64,000 nucleotides of DNA from Propionibacteriaceae bacterium (GTDB taxonomy: Bacteria > Actinomycetota > Actinomycetes > Propionibacteriales > Propionibacteriaceae), in contig JAISJP010000003.1 in assembly GCA_031261455.1 (NCBI GenBank), forward strand, positions 4,024 to 68,023, written 5' to 3'. The stretch's first letter is position 1. The number at the start of each line of letters is the position of its first letter. The notes under the pieces are model-generated. The model was not told the DNA's origin. It did no database searches and worked only from the letters and a program-made list of their open reading frames with translations. This document shows, piece after piece, positions 1 through 8,339 of the stretch. The translations under genes were made by a program, and so were the position numbers.

Positions 1-752
1 TCCTTGGCCAACTGGACAGGCACCGAGTCCCACACGAGGTTCAACTTGGAGATCAACGCAGCGGGTGCGTGTTTGGAGAAGTCGGCACGAAAGTTGTCCA
101 GTAGTTGCTGCTGCAGTTCACGGATGACATCGAATGACTCCCCGTCGCTGTAGTGCTGCACCACTTCAGGCATGCCGCCGACAAACATGTAGGTCTTCAG
201 CAGCTCAAGGAACCTCTGATGCAACGGCACGATCATGTCCAATCTCGAGTCCGCAAGCACTTTGGCGTACTTTGCGTCGCCGGTCGCCGCAAGGAACTCG
301 GTGAAGGACATCGGGAGCATCTTGATCGTCTCGACATTGCCAACCGGGAATGAAGTGCCCCGATGCAGGGCCATACCCATCTGCGAGCCGGCGCAGATGA
401 TGTGCTGCTCGGGCATCTCCTCGCGGAAATACTTGAGGCCGGTCAGCGCGGCAGGCACCTCTTGGATCTCGTCAAAGATGAGTAGCGTCTGACCCGGCGT
501 GATGTGGATGCCGCTCTCAAACTCTATGAGCTCTACAATCCTCTGGGGGCCATATCCGGACGAGAAGATCTTGTGGTAGTCCAGATAGTCTGGGTGATCA
601 AAGTTGATGTAGACGAAGCTCTCGAAATACTCTTTGGCAAGGTGTTTCATTGCCCAAGTCTTGCCGACCTGACGAGCACCATCGATGATCAGCGGCTTGC
701 GACGAGGTTTGGCCTTCCAGGCCAGCAGGTCTTTGAGGATGCTCCTGTCCAC
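1..752 (-). CDS. AAA+ ATPase, AAA_14/DUF4143 family (N-terminal part; 3' end lies beyond window start)
   Basis: Open at window edge so absent from ORF track. Manual minus-strand translation from GTG at 752 gives VDRSILKDLLAWKAKPRRKPLIIDGARQVGKTWAMKHLAKEYF...LLIFDEIQEVP (Walker A GxxxxGKT, Walker B hhhhDE). Same family as 35861..37129. Confidence 0.75.
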   Translation of the reverse strand, partial: MDRSILKDLLAWKAKPRRKPLIIDGARQVGKTWAMKHLAKEYFESFVYINFDHPDYLDYHKIFSSGYGPQRIVELIEFESGIHITPGQTLLIFDEIQEVPAALTGLKYFREEMPEQHIICAGSQMGMALHRGTSFPVGNVETIKMLPMSFTEFLAATGDAKYAKVLADSRLDMIVPLHQRFLELLKTYMFVGGMPEVVQHYSDGESFDVIRELQQQLLDNFRADFSKHAPAALISKLNLVWDSVPVQLAK

Positions 753-1219
753 ATTTTCTCCCTACGTCTTTATGTAGTAATCCACATTTAGTCACGACGT
801 GTTTATGTAGATTGTAACACTTACTGCTGGGCAAAGTGTGTGGGGTAGCTGGCGCGCTCTCTAGCGCGTGCGGACGGTCAGGGTGCCGGCGTTTACGGTG
901 ACGTCGAAGGTTAGCGTGGGGCCGCCGGGGTTGGGGGTCCAGGTGGGAGGACCCGGCCAACTGCCGTAGACGCTCCAGCCTCCACATGAGTCTTGGTGGG
1001 CTTGCGACAGATGGCAGCCAGTCCCGGCTAGCTGCCATAGACGCTCAGGCTCCACCGTTGACCGCTATGTTGAATGGGACATCGCCCTCGGTTATCTGCA
1101 TATTCTCTTGGACTGTATGTGCATATCTACCCATTTGCGGGTAGACTATCTGCATAGTTGACGATGCAGTTTATGCAGATTTGCGAGGTTTGCTAAAGCT
1201 CATCAGACTGACGGGAAGG

Positions 1220-2269
1220 ATGCAGATGCACAGGTTTGACTACTCGTTTTTGCGGGATGCGTTGGTGCCCGCTGGGGTGTTGTCACAGACCAGCGCGATC
1301 AGCGAGCTGCGGGTGCGGCAGTCGGACCGTCTTTCCCGTTACGAGAGCGTGTTTGCAGCGTTGGAGAGCGTTGCCAAAGTAGAGTCCGTCAAGGGATCGA
1401 ACGCGATTGAGGGAATCGTCACGTCAGATCAGCGACTAGAGGCCATCGTCAATCGGGCGTCGGAACCGCTCAACCACGATGAGGCCGAGATTGCCGGATA
1501 CCGTGATGCGTTGGCGGTCATCCATGCGAATGCTGGCACGCTGGACATCTCCGAGACGACGATTCGGGAGCTTCATCGGCTGATCTTCTCCTACACTGCT
1601 GTGAACGGAGGCGAGTACAAGCCGCGCGACAACTATGTGATGGACATTCTGCCTAGTGGGGAGCGCCGCATCCGGTTTACTCCCGTGTCGGCAGCGGACA
1701 CGCCACGGGCGATGCAACAACTCGTGCTCGCCTACTGGGACGCGGCGGCCGACCCGGCAATCTCTCCCCTGTTGCTCATCGGATGCTTCATCGTCGACTT
1801 TCTGTGCATCCACCCGTTTTTGGACGGCAATGGGCGCATGTCGCGGCTCTTGGCGCTGTTACTGCTGTACCGAAACGGCTATGACGCGGGCAAATACATC
1901 GCGCTGGAGCAACAGGTCAACGACGCCAAATGGCTCTACTATGACGCGCTCGGCGAGGCCTCGCTGGACTGGCACGACAATGCCGGTGACTATTTTGCCT
2001 TCGTCAAGTACTTTTTGAGCGTGCTGTTGGCCAGCTACCGCGAGCTTGACGCCCGGTTTGCCGTAGTCAACACCAAGTCGGTGAACAAACGGGGACGCAT
2101 CGAGGCGACGGTGCTCAACTCCTTGACCCCCGTACACAAACGCGACATCGCGCGAATTGTGCCCGATGCCAGCATCACCACCATTGAGGCGGTGCTAGCC
2201 CAGATGGTGCGTCAGGGCGTCATCATCAAGACTGGTGCCGGGCCCGCGACTGCCTACATTCGACCGTAG
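1220..2269 (+). CDS. Fic family protein (putative AMPylase) with N-terminal inhibitory helix
   Basis: ORF 1181..2269, likely start ATG 1220 (MQMHRFDY) or 1226. Fic motif HPFLDGNGRMSR. (S/T)xxxE(G/N) inhibitory motif SNAIEG. C-terminal winged-helix-like tail. Confidence 0.85.
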   Translation: MQMHRFDYSFLRDALVPAGVLSQTSAISELRVRQSDRLSRYESVFAALESVAKVESVKGSNAIEGIVTSDQRLEAIVNRASEPLNHDEAEIAGYRDALAVIHANAGTLDISETTIRELHRLIFSYTAVNGGEYKPRDNYVMDILPSGERRIRFTPVSAADTPRAMQQLVLAYWDAAADPAISPLLLIGCFIVDFLCIHPFLDGNGRMSRLLALLLLYRNGYDAGKYIALEQQVNDAKWLYYDALGEASLDWHDNAGDYFAFVKYFLSVLLASYRELDARFAVVNTKSVNKRGRIEATVLNSLTPVHKRDIARIVPDASITTIEAVLAQMVRQGVIIKTGAGPATAYIRP

Positions 2270-2496
2270 CGGCCTGTAAACATCTCGTGCTTTTTGGTCG
2301 TGTTGTGCGTTTCCGCGCTTCGCGATGCGGGCGACGACATATCAAGGGGACGGCCCCTTGCGTTGGGTTGTGGCGTCACTATGCTGGCAGGGTTAGGCAC
2401 GTCAAACAATGTACCTTGCCAGCACAGGCCATGTGGGCCAACCGGGGCCACATGTGTGCAGCAGCCATCGACCCGGAAGTGGCTAAGCTAAGAACC

Positions 2497-3204
2497 ATGA
2501 GTCGTTCCATTGAAGAGTTGATGAATGTTGATGACCCGTTCACCCCGGACTTTGTGCATCGGGTAGCGACCGCGAAGAACGACATTCTCGTGCTGCCATC
2601 CGAACCTGCTACTGGGCGTGAGGTGCTGCATCGCCTACAGGTGAGCGCGCGTTCATCTGCCAGTGGAACGATCCTCAGCGGCGGCGGCATGGTAGTCGAT
2701 CATGGCTGGATCCGGGTGTTCGGCGCTGGCACTCCCCTGCTGCCCGACATGGCGACCGCGAGCGGCTTCCCGTTGGAACCCGGCGAGGAGCCGCCTGCCG
2801 TGCCGGGCCTGTTCCTAGCTATCGACGTGCTGGGTGGCCAGTTCGCAATCGACTCCGGGCTGCTGGCCGGCTCGCCCGGTGAGCTATGCTACTGGGCGCC
2901 TGACGACCTGCAATGGACCCCATTTGGCCTGGGACAGGCACAGTTCCTGACGTGGCTGTGCGAGGGCGACCTAGACGGCTTCTATTCTGACTACCGCTGG
3001 GACGGCTGGCAAGACGAGGTCGAGGCCCTGCCGCTGGATCAGGGCATTTCCTTCTTCCCATTCGCCTTCACAAAAGAGTTTGACCTCGCCACCGCGACCC
3101 GTTCGGTCACCCCAATTGCAGAACTCGTCAGTCTGCACACCCAGATGGCCGAGTCGACGAATGCGTTGTCGCTACCCTTGCCTTGGCCTGCCCTCCCGGC
3201 CTAA
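2497..3204 (+). CDS. DUF2625 family protein
   Basis: ORF 2287..3204, plausible start ATG 2497 (MSRSIEELMNVDDPF). GGGMVVDHGWIRVFGAG and YWAPDDLQWTPFGLGQAQFLTWL segments match my recollection of DUF2625. Confidence 0.6.
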   Translation: MSRSIEELMNVDDPFTPDFVHRVATAKNDILVLPSEPATGREVLHRLQVSARSSASGTILSGGGMVVDHGWIRVFGAGTPLLPDMATASGFPLEPGEEPPAVPGLFLAIDVLGGQFAIDSGLLAGSPGELCYWAPDDLQWTPFGLGQAQFLTWLCEGDLDGFYSDYRWDGWQDEVEALPLDQGISFFPFAFTKEFDLATATRSVTPIAELVSLHTQMAESTNALSLPLPWPALPA

Positions 3205-3252
3205 CGCGACGCAACTCCTACGGCTAGCCCACTCGTGATATAGTGTAGAAAC

Positions 3253-3564
3253 ATGGAAGACAAGCGTTTCAGGACCCGTTTATGGGTCTCCGTGGCGGTG
3301 TTCTCCGGCGTGGCCCTTGGCGTCATCGTCAACGAGCTGGCTCGCGGATCCCAACTTGGCGGTCGCCCGTACGTCCATTACGTTGACCAAAACACGAGTT
3401 TTTGGGACACCCACGACCCGAACACTGTCTTCATCGAAGTCGTGACAATACTTGCCATCGCTGCTGTTGCGGGTTTGGTATGGGCAGTCCGCCGTCGCCT
3501 CGCGGTTGACGCGCAGTCTGCGACCGGTGCGCACGTAGCCACACCGACGGTTGCGGCAGCCTAG
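3253..3564 (+). CDS. hypothetical small membrane protein (two hydrophobic segments)
   Basis: 103-aa ORF with two hydrophobic stretches (LWVSVAVFSGVALGVIV, VVTILAIAAVAGLVWAV). No recognisable family. Confidence 0.4.
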   Translation: MEDKRFRTRLWVSVAVFSGVALGVIVNELARGSQLGGRPYVHYVDQNTSFWDTHDPNTVFIEVVTILAIAAVAGLVWAVRRRLAVDAQSATGAHVATPTVAAA

Positions 3565-3721
3565 CCGTCGCTGCCAGATATACAAACTCACGCCGTCATA
3601 CACACTCAGATGCACACTTTTTGTATGTGATGTCTATCTGTGCGCCGCGGCTCACGCATAGCAGCGTCATCCAAACATACAAATATCCGACGTCACATAC
3701 ATTTGGATACACAATTCATGT

Positions 3722-4170
3722 ATGCCATGGTCATCTGAAGAATTGGCAGCAGTGCTGAGTGACCTGCGGTGGCGTGGCGGCGACTCAAGTCTGGTTGAGG
3801 CCACAGCGGCCAGGGGTGGTGTACCGCAGTTAGCGGAGACGCTGTGCGCCTTCGGCAATATGCCGTCGGGCGGAGTGATTCTGCTCGGAGTGGATGAGGT
3901 CGCAACTTTGCCATCATTGGCGTTGCGGATGTCGCCCCGCTGGAGGCCGGCGTGGCCGCGCAGGCACGCACTGCTGTGACTCCGCCAGTCCACGTTGAGT
4001 TTGAGGTCGTAGATGCGCCTGAGGGCAGAGTACTTGTGGCGATTGTTGCCGATCTGCCTCTTGCCGACAAGCCATGCCGGACGTGGGCAAGGCATATTTG
4101 CGGCAGGCTGATGGCGACTACGTCATGTCTCCACAAGAGGCGGCCCAGCTAGCTGCAATGCAGGACCGCC
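3722..4170 (+). pseudogene. AlbA_2 / Schlafen-like divergent-AAA DNA-binding protein, frameshifted and truncated
   Basis: Homology-like reading continues across three frames: 3722.. (GGVILLGVDE), 3952.. (TPPVHVEFEVVDAPEGRVLVAIVADLP), 4074.. (GKAYLRQADGDYVMSPQEAAQL). It then runs into the inverted RhuM fragment. Confidence 0.5.
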
Positions 4171-4503
4171 CGCTGAACGAGAGCAAGTCCATGAACGGCT
4201 TGCCCACGTCGGCGCGCGCCTCGATGACTTCGGCTGCGGTATGGCCATGTGCCGCATAATGCAGCTTGTTTTGCACCAGGTTGTTGCAAAATCTGCAACA
4301 ACTGAGTCCCGGCTCAACTCGCCATCCGTGAAGACATTCGAGATGTGACGAGAAATCGTGGACTTGTCTCGCTGGAACAGTTCTGCCAGTTGGTCAAGTG
4401 ACAACCAGACTGTCTCGGCTGAGGTGCGCACATCTATGCGCGTGCGCCCGTCCTCGGTTTGGTAGAGGACGATTTCAGTGGCAGCGGCCTGTTGATCACT
4501 CAC
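4165..4503 (-). pseudogene. RhuM-family virulence-protein-like gene remnant (N-terminal piece fused out of frame to an internal piece)
   Basis: GTG 4503 with GAGAGGAAAG SD. EIVLYQTEDGRTRIDVRTSAETVWLSLDQLAELFQRDKSTISRHISNVF is RhuM-like. Another frame further on reads NLVQNKLHYAAHGHTAAEVIEARADVGKPFM. Most of the ~330-aa family length is missing. Confidence 0.5.
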
Positions 4504-4916
4504 GGTCTCTTTCCTCTCAAATCCCATCGGCCATCGGCAGGGCCCTCTGAACAAGCCTCTCGCTGGATTGCAGACAGGCTTTTGTAGCTGCCCCGATCAC
4601 AGTTCAACTCAATCTGACTACCAAAGCAGTCGGGTTCGTTGCTAAAGGTCCACGCTCAGAACCCCGCACTCAATCCAAAGAAGCACTCGAAGAATGTGGT
4701 TAGTTTTTGGATTACCCGTTGCTTCTGTTCGCCATAGTTGCCGTCAGGGGAGGAGCGGCGGTTTGGGGGCAAGATTTTGGTGATGGCTGTGCCGGTGGCG
4801 TGCACTTGGCCGTCACGGAAGGCGCTGTCGATGAAGGTGCGGGCCTCTTCGGGGCGGATTGTTGGCGGGATGCCGTCGGTTACCCGCTCAATACGAAACT
4901 GCCGAGAAGAACCGCC

Positions 4917-5399
4917 CTAGATACCCAAGCTCTCGACCCACTCAGCCAGACCGGCTACCGTTTGCTCGCCGTTGAGGACTTTGCCTTCGCGAATGACGGC
5001 GGACTCGGCGACGCTGGCACGCAGGTGTTCTACTGTCTTGCCAAACTTGCTGCTGCCGGAGGTTACAAACAGCACGATGGTCTTGCCGGCGAAATCGTAG
5101 GCTTCAAGGAACGTGTTGATGATTGTGGGGGCCACGTACCACCAGATGGGGAAGCCGATGAACACCACGTCGTACGCCTCGACGCCAGCTTGCGTGTCAG
5201 CAATTGGGGGTCGGAACGTTGGGTCCTTCATCTCGACCGAACTGCGGGACACGTCGTTGCGCCAGTCCAGGTCCGCCTTGGTGTACGGAACCACCGGCTT
5301 GATCTCATACAGGTCTGCCACGGCGGCCTCGGCCAACAGGCTGGCAACGCTGCCCGTGTTGCCGGTTGCGGAAAAGTACGCGACTAGTTTCTTGCTCAC
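4917..5399 (-). CDS. flavodoxin family protein
   Basis: ORF 4917..5420, likely GTG start 5399 (VSKKLVAYFSATGNTGSVA). Typical short flavodoxin N-terminal FMN-phosphate loop. Confidence 0.8.
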   Translation of the reverse strand: MSKKLVAYFSATGNTGSVASLLAEAAVADLYEIKPVVPYTKADLDWRNDVSRSSVEMKDPTFRPPIADTQAGVEAYDVVFIGFPIWWYVAPTIINTFLEAYDFAGKTIVLFVTSGSSKFGKTVEHLRASVAESAVIREGKVLNGEQTVAGLAEWVESLGI

Positions 5400-5735
5400 C
5401 CAACGTATCCTACCGTCCACACCGCCGAGGTTGGATGCAAAGCTGCGCCGGTTGGACGCCTATGTCTGACAGAAATTGACTCTTGCGTCTGACAGGCAGA
5501 GAAAGGCAGATGAAAACAGGAAGACAGAGACGGACGACGAAGTGGGTGCCAAGTGACAGGCGCGAAGCCCTCTTCCCCGCGCGATCATCAGATAATGACT
5601 ACCAGTGTGCCACCGTCAGGCGAGTTCGTCCCCAACGCGTCATCTCGCGGGGCGGCCGGACGCAGTGGACAAAACGTCAGGCACGAGCGCACGTTTGAGC
5701 AGGCATCCGGACGACGGATGGGTACAGTAGATGTC

Positions 5736-6584
5736 ATGAGTGAACCGCAGGTACCTAACGCTGACAACTTTGCCGCGCTGGCTGCTGAGGCGGCGGAGGC
5801 CATCAAGCGCGCCGCCGACGTGGCCGACGTACAGATTGCGCTGATTCTTGGGTCTGGGTGGTCGTCTGGAGCGGACCAGTTGGGTTCGCCGCTTGCACGC
5901 ATCGCGCTGGAGACGCTGCCGGGGTTTAGCAAGCCGGTTGTTGCCGGACATGGTGGAGACGCCATTATTGCTGACGTTGGCGAGGGGCAGCGGGCCATCA
6001 TCTACACCGGACGCACTCATTTCTATGAGGGACGAGGGGCTGACGCCGTCGCCCATTCGGTGCGCACCGCCGCCGCGCTGGGCGCGCGCACGCTGATTGT
6101 CACCAACGGGTGCGGCAGTCTCAACCGCTACTGGGGTCCGGGCACCGTGGTGCTGCTGCGCGACCACATCAACCTCACCGGCGCAACGCCACTGCATGGG
6201 GCCACATTCATCGACTTGAGCGAGGCCTACTCGCGTCGCCTGCGCGACATCGCCCACAGGGTGGATGCGGACCTGCCCGAAGGCGTGTATGCCCAGTTCC
6301 ACGGCCCCGCATACGAGACGCCCGCCGAGGTGCGAATGGCCGGAATCATGGGCGCAGACCTAGTGGGGATGTCCACCACCCTTGAGGTAGTTGCCGCCCG
6401 CGCCGCGCACATGGAGGTGCTGGGCCTCTCCCTTGCCACCAACCTGGCTGCCGGCGTGCAAGACACCCCGTTGGACCACGCTGAGGTTATCGCTGCTGGA
6501 CAAGCTGCCGCACCCCGGCTCGCCGCCCTGCTGAGCGGCATCGTCACTGCCATCGTTGCGGATGCGGCCGAGTTGGAGCTGTGA
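5736..6584 (+). CDS. punA: purine nucleoside phosphorylase (trimeric PNP type)
   Basis: ORF 5553..6584, likely start ATG 5736 (MSEPQVPN). GRTHFYEGRG, GPAYETPAE and GADLVGMST motifs. Confidence 0.85.
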   Translation: MSEPQVPNADNFAALAAEAAEAIKRAADVADVQIALILGSGWSSGADQLGSPLARIALETLPGFSKPVVAGHGGDAIIADVGEGQRAIIYTGRTHFYEGRGADAVAHSVRTAAALGARTLIVTNGCGSLNRYWGPGTVVLLRDHINLTGATPLHGATFIDLSEAYSRRLRDIAHRVDADLPEGVYAQFHGPAYETPAEVRMAGIMGADLVGMSTTLEVVAARAAHMEVLGLSLATNLAAGVQDTPLDHAEVIAAGQAAAPRLAALLSGIVTAIVADAAELEL

Positions 6585-6677
6585 TGACACCAAGACAGAC
6601 TCGGACTGGAGCGAAACTGCGTTGTGGCAGTTTTGCGGTCCCAAATCAACGATAATGACCGTGGAGGTAACTGAATC

Positions 6678-8333
6678 ATGAGTTTGAACGAGCGCGTGCT
6701 GGAGCAAGTCAGTCAGTGGATCAAAAACGATCCAGATGAGGCGACGGTTGCCACGCTGACGGCCCTAGTGACCAAAGCCAAGGCTGGCGACGAGCAGGCC
6801 GAAGCCGAAGTGGCAAGCGCTTTCGCTGGACCTTTGACCTTTGGGACGGCAGGACTGCGCGCCGCGCTCGGGCCGGGGCCAGCACGCATGAACCGGGTGG
6901 TGGTCTCGCAGGCCGCGGCGGGGTTTGCCGCCTGGCTCAAAGCCAACGGACTGGAGAGCGGCAAGGTACTGATTGGCTACGACGCGCGGCACAACTCGGA
7001 CACCTTTGCCCGCGACACCGCCGAGATCATGGCGGCAGCCGGGTTTGAAGCGCTGCTGACAAGGCAGAACACTCCCACTCCGGTGGTGGCGTTCGGCATC
7101 AAACACTTCGGATGCGTGGCCGCCGTGGTAGTCACCGCGTCGCACAACCCGCCCGCTGACAACGGCTACAAGGTGTACTTGGGCGACGGCTCGCAGATCA
7201 TCCCCCCCACCGACACCGAGATTGCCGCCCAGATCGCCGTTGTTGCCGCCAGCCCGCTGTCCAGCATTGCCCGTTCCGACGCCTACACCATTGTGGACGA
7301 CGAACTGGTTGCCGCTTACGTGGAGCACACCGCCACGCTAGTCAGCGCCCCGACATCAGACATCAAGTGGGCATACACCCCCATGCACGGTGTGGGCGCG
7401 CGCGTGGTGCTGCGCCTCGTCGAAGCGGCTGGCTACCCCACCCCGGCATGCGTGACCGCGCAGATGGAACCCGACGCCGACTTCCCCACCGTCAAGTTCC
7501 CCAATCCGGAAGAGCCGGGTGCCATGGACCTGCTGCTCGCCCTAGCCAAAGAGACGGACGCCGACATCGCCATCGCCACGGACCCGGATGCGGACCGTTG
7601 CGCATGCGCCGTGCCCATTGGCGGAGTTTGGCGCAGACTCACCGGTGACGAACTCGGCTCGCTGCTGGGAGACGACGCGATTCGTCGCGGCAAGCCCGGC
7701 CTGTTCGCCAACTCGCTGGTGTCGTCCACGCTGCTGCGTGACATCGCGCTTGCGAACGGTCGCGAACACCGCACCACGCTCACCGGGTTCAAGTGGATCG
7801 GTCGCATCCCCGGCCTGGCGTTCGGCTACGAGGAGGCTATCGGCTACTGTCTGGACGCCGATTCCGTGCCCGACAAGGACGGCATCTCGACCACGCTCTG
7901 GCTGTTGCGCCTAGTCAGCGAGCTGAAGGCTGCCGGTCTCACCGTCGAGGATCGCCTGAACGAGATTGAGGCCGCATACGGCATCCACGCCACGCGGCAG
8001 GTTAGCCTGCGCGTCACCGACTTGGCGCAGATCCCCACCATGATGGCCGCCGTGCGCGCCAACCCGCCGTCCGTCATTGCGGGCGAACCGGTTGACGTGG
8101 CCGACCTGACCAACCCGACCAACGGCCTGCCACCCACCGACGGCATGGAGTTCACCGGCGCCAGCGTCCACGCGGTGGTCAGGCCGTCCGGCACGGAACC
8201 GAAGCTGAAGTGCTACCTTGAGGCCCGTCGCCCTGTCCCCCCAGCAGGTGCTGACTTGGCCGCCGAGCGCGCTGCTGCCGAAACGGTGCTAGACGCCCTA
8301 TGGGCCGACATCAAGCAGGTCCTCGGCGCGTAG
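6678..8333 (+). CDS. phospho-sugar mutase (phosphoglucomutase/phosphomannomutase family; position next to PNP suggests a phosphopentomutase role)
   Basis: Active-site loop TASHNPPADNGYKVY. 551 aa. Immediately downstream of punA. Confidence 0.85.
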   Translation: MSLNERVLEQVSQWIKNDPDEATVATLTALVTKAKAGDEQAEAEVASAFAGPLTFGTAGLRAALGPGPARMNRVVVSQAAAGFAAWLKANGLESGKVLIGYDARHNSDTFARDTAEIMAAAGFEALLTRQNTPTPVVAFGIKHFGCVAAVVVTASHNPPADNGYKVYLGDGSQIIPPTDTEIAAQIAVVAASPLSSIARSDAYTIVDDELVAAYVEHTATLVSAPTSDIKWAYTPMHGVGARVVLRLVEAAGYPTPACVTAQMEPDADFPTVKFPNPEEPGAMDLLLALAKETDADIAIATDPDADRCACAVPIGGVWRRLTGDELGSLLGDDAIRRGKPGLFANSLVSSTLLRDIALANGREHRTTLTGFKWIGRIPGLAFGYEEAIGYCLDADSVPDKDGISTTLWLLRLVSELKAAGLTVEDRLNEIEAAYGIHATRQVSLRVTDLAQIPTMMAAVRANPPSVIAGEPVDVADLTNPTNGLPPTDGMEFTGASVHAVVRPSGTEPKLKCYLEARRPVPPAGADLAAERAAAETVLDALWADIKQVLGA

Positions 8334-8339
8334 GCGCGG

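Noticed and set aside
861-1101. Small minus-strand reading frames (MQITEGDVPFNIAVNGGA-stop, then ...GGWSVYGSWPGPPTWTPNPGGPTLTFDVTVNAGTLTVRTR) with an internal ~30-nt direct repeat (about 955..985 and 1024..1050).
   Set aside because: It looks like a decayed gene with a duplicated GGWSxxVYGS module interrupted by stops. I cannot assign a family or a credible intact ORF, so it is not reported as a feature.
2287-2496. N-terminal extensions of track ORFs. The extended ORF starts are 2287, 5553, 13188, 20815, 20762, 25443, 28079, 30952, 42524, 43803, 45669, 59364 and 55061.
   Set aside because: The extensions are Arg/Cys/His-rich or overlap neighbouring genes. Internal starts with an SD-like sequence, and where family N-termini begin, were preferred. 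Exact starts remain uncertain without experimental data.
4640-4916. Start-less open frame downstream of the flavodoxin gene (minus strand): ...RVTDGIPPTIRPEEARTFIDSAFRDGQVHATGTAITKILPPNRR...EQKQRVIQKL.
   Set aside because: No start codon near its 5' end and no family I can recognise. Possibly another gene fragment, but unsupported.
5464-5495. 9-bp direct repeat GTCTGACAG x2 (23-nt spacing) in the purine-rich flavodoxin/punA divergent region. A similar case is TTTTCAGG x2 at 20075 and 20097, upstream of the BMP importer operon.
   Set aside because: The repeats are short enough to arise by chance, and no known operator consensus is recognised. Kept only as a note pending comparative evidence.
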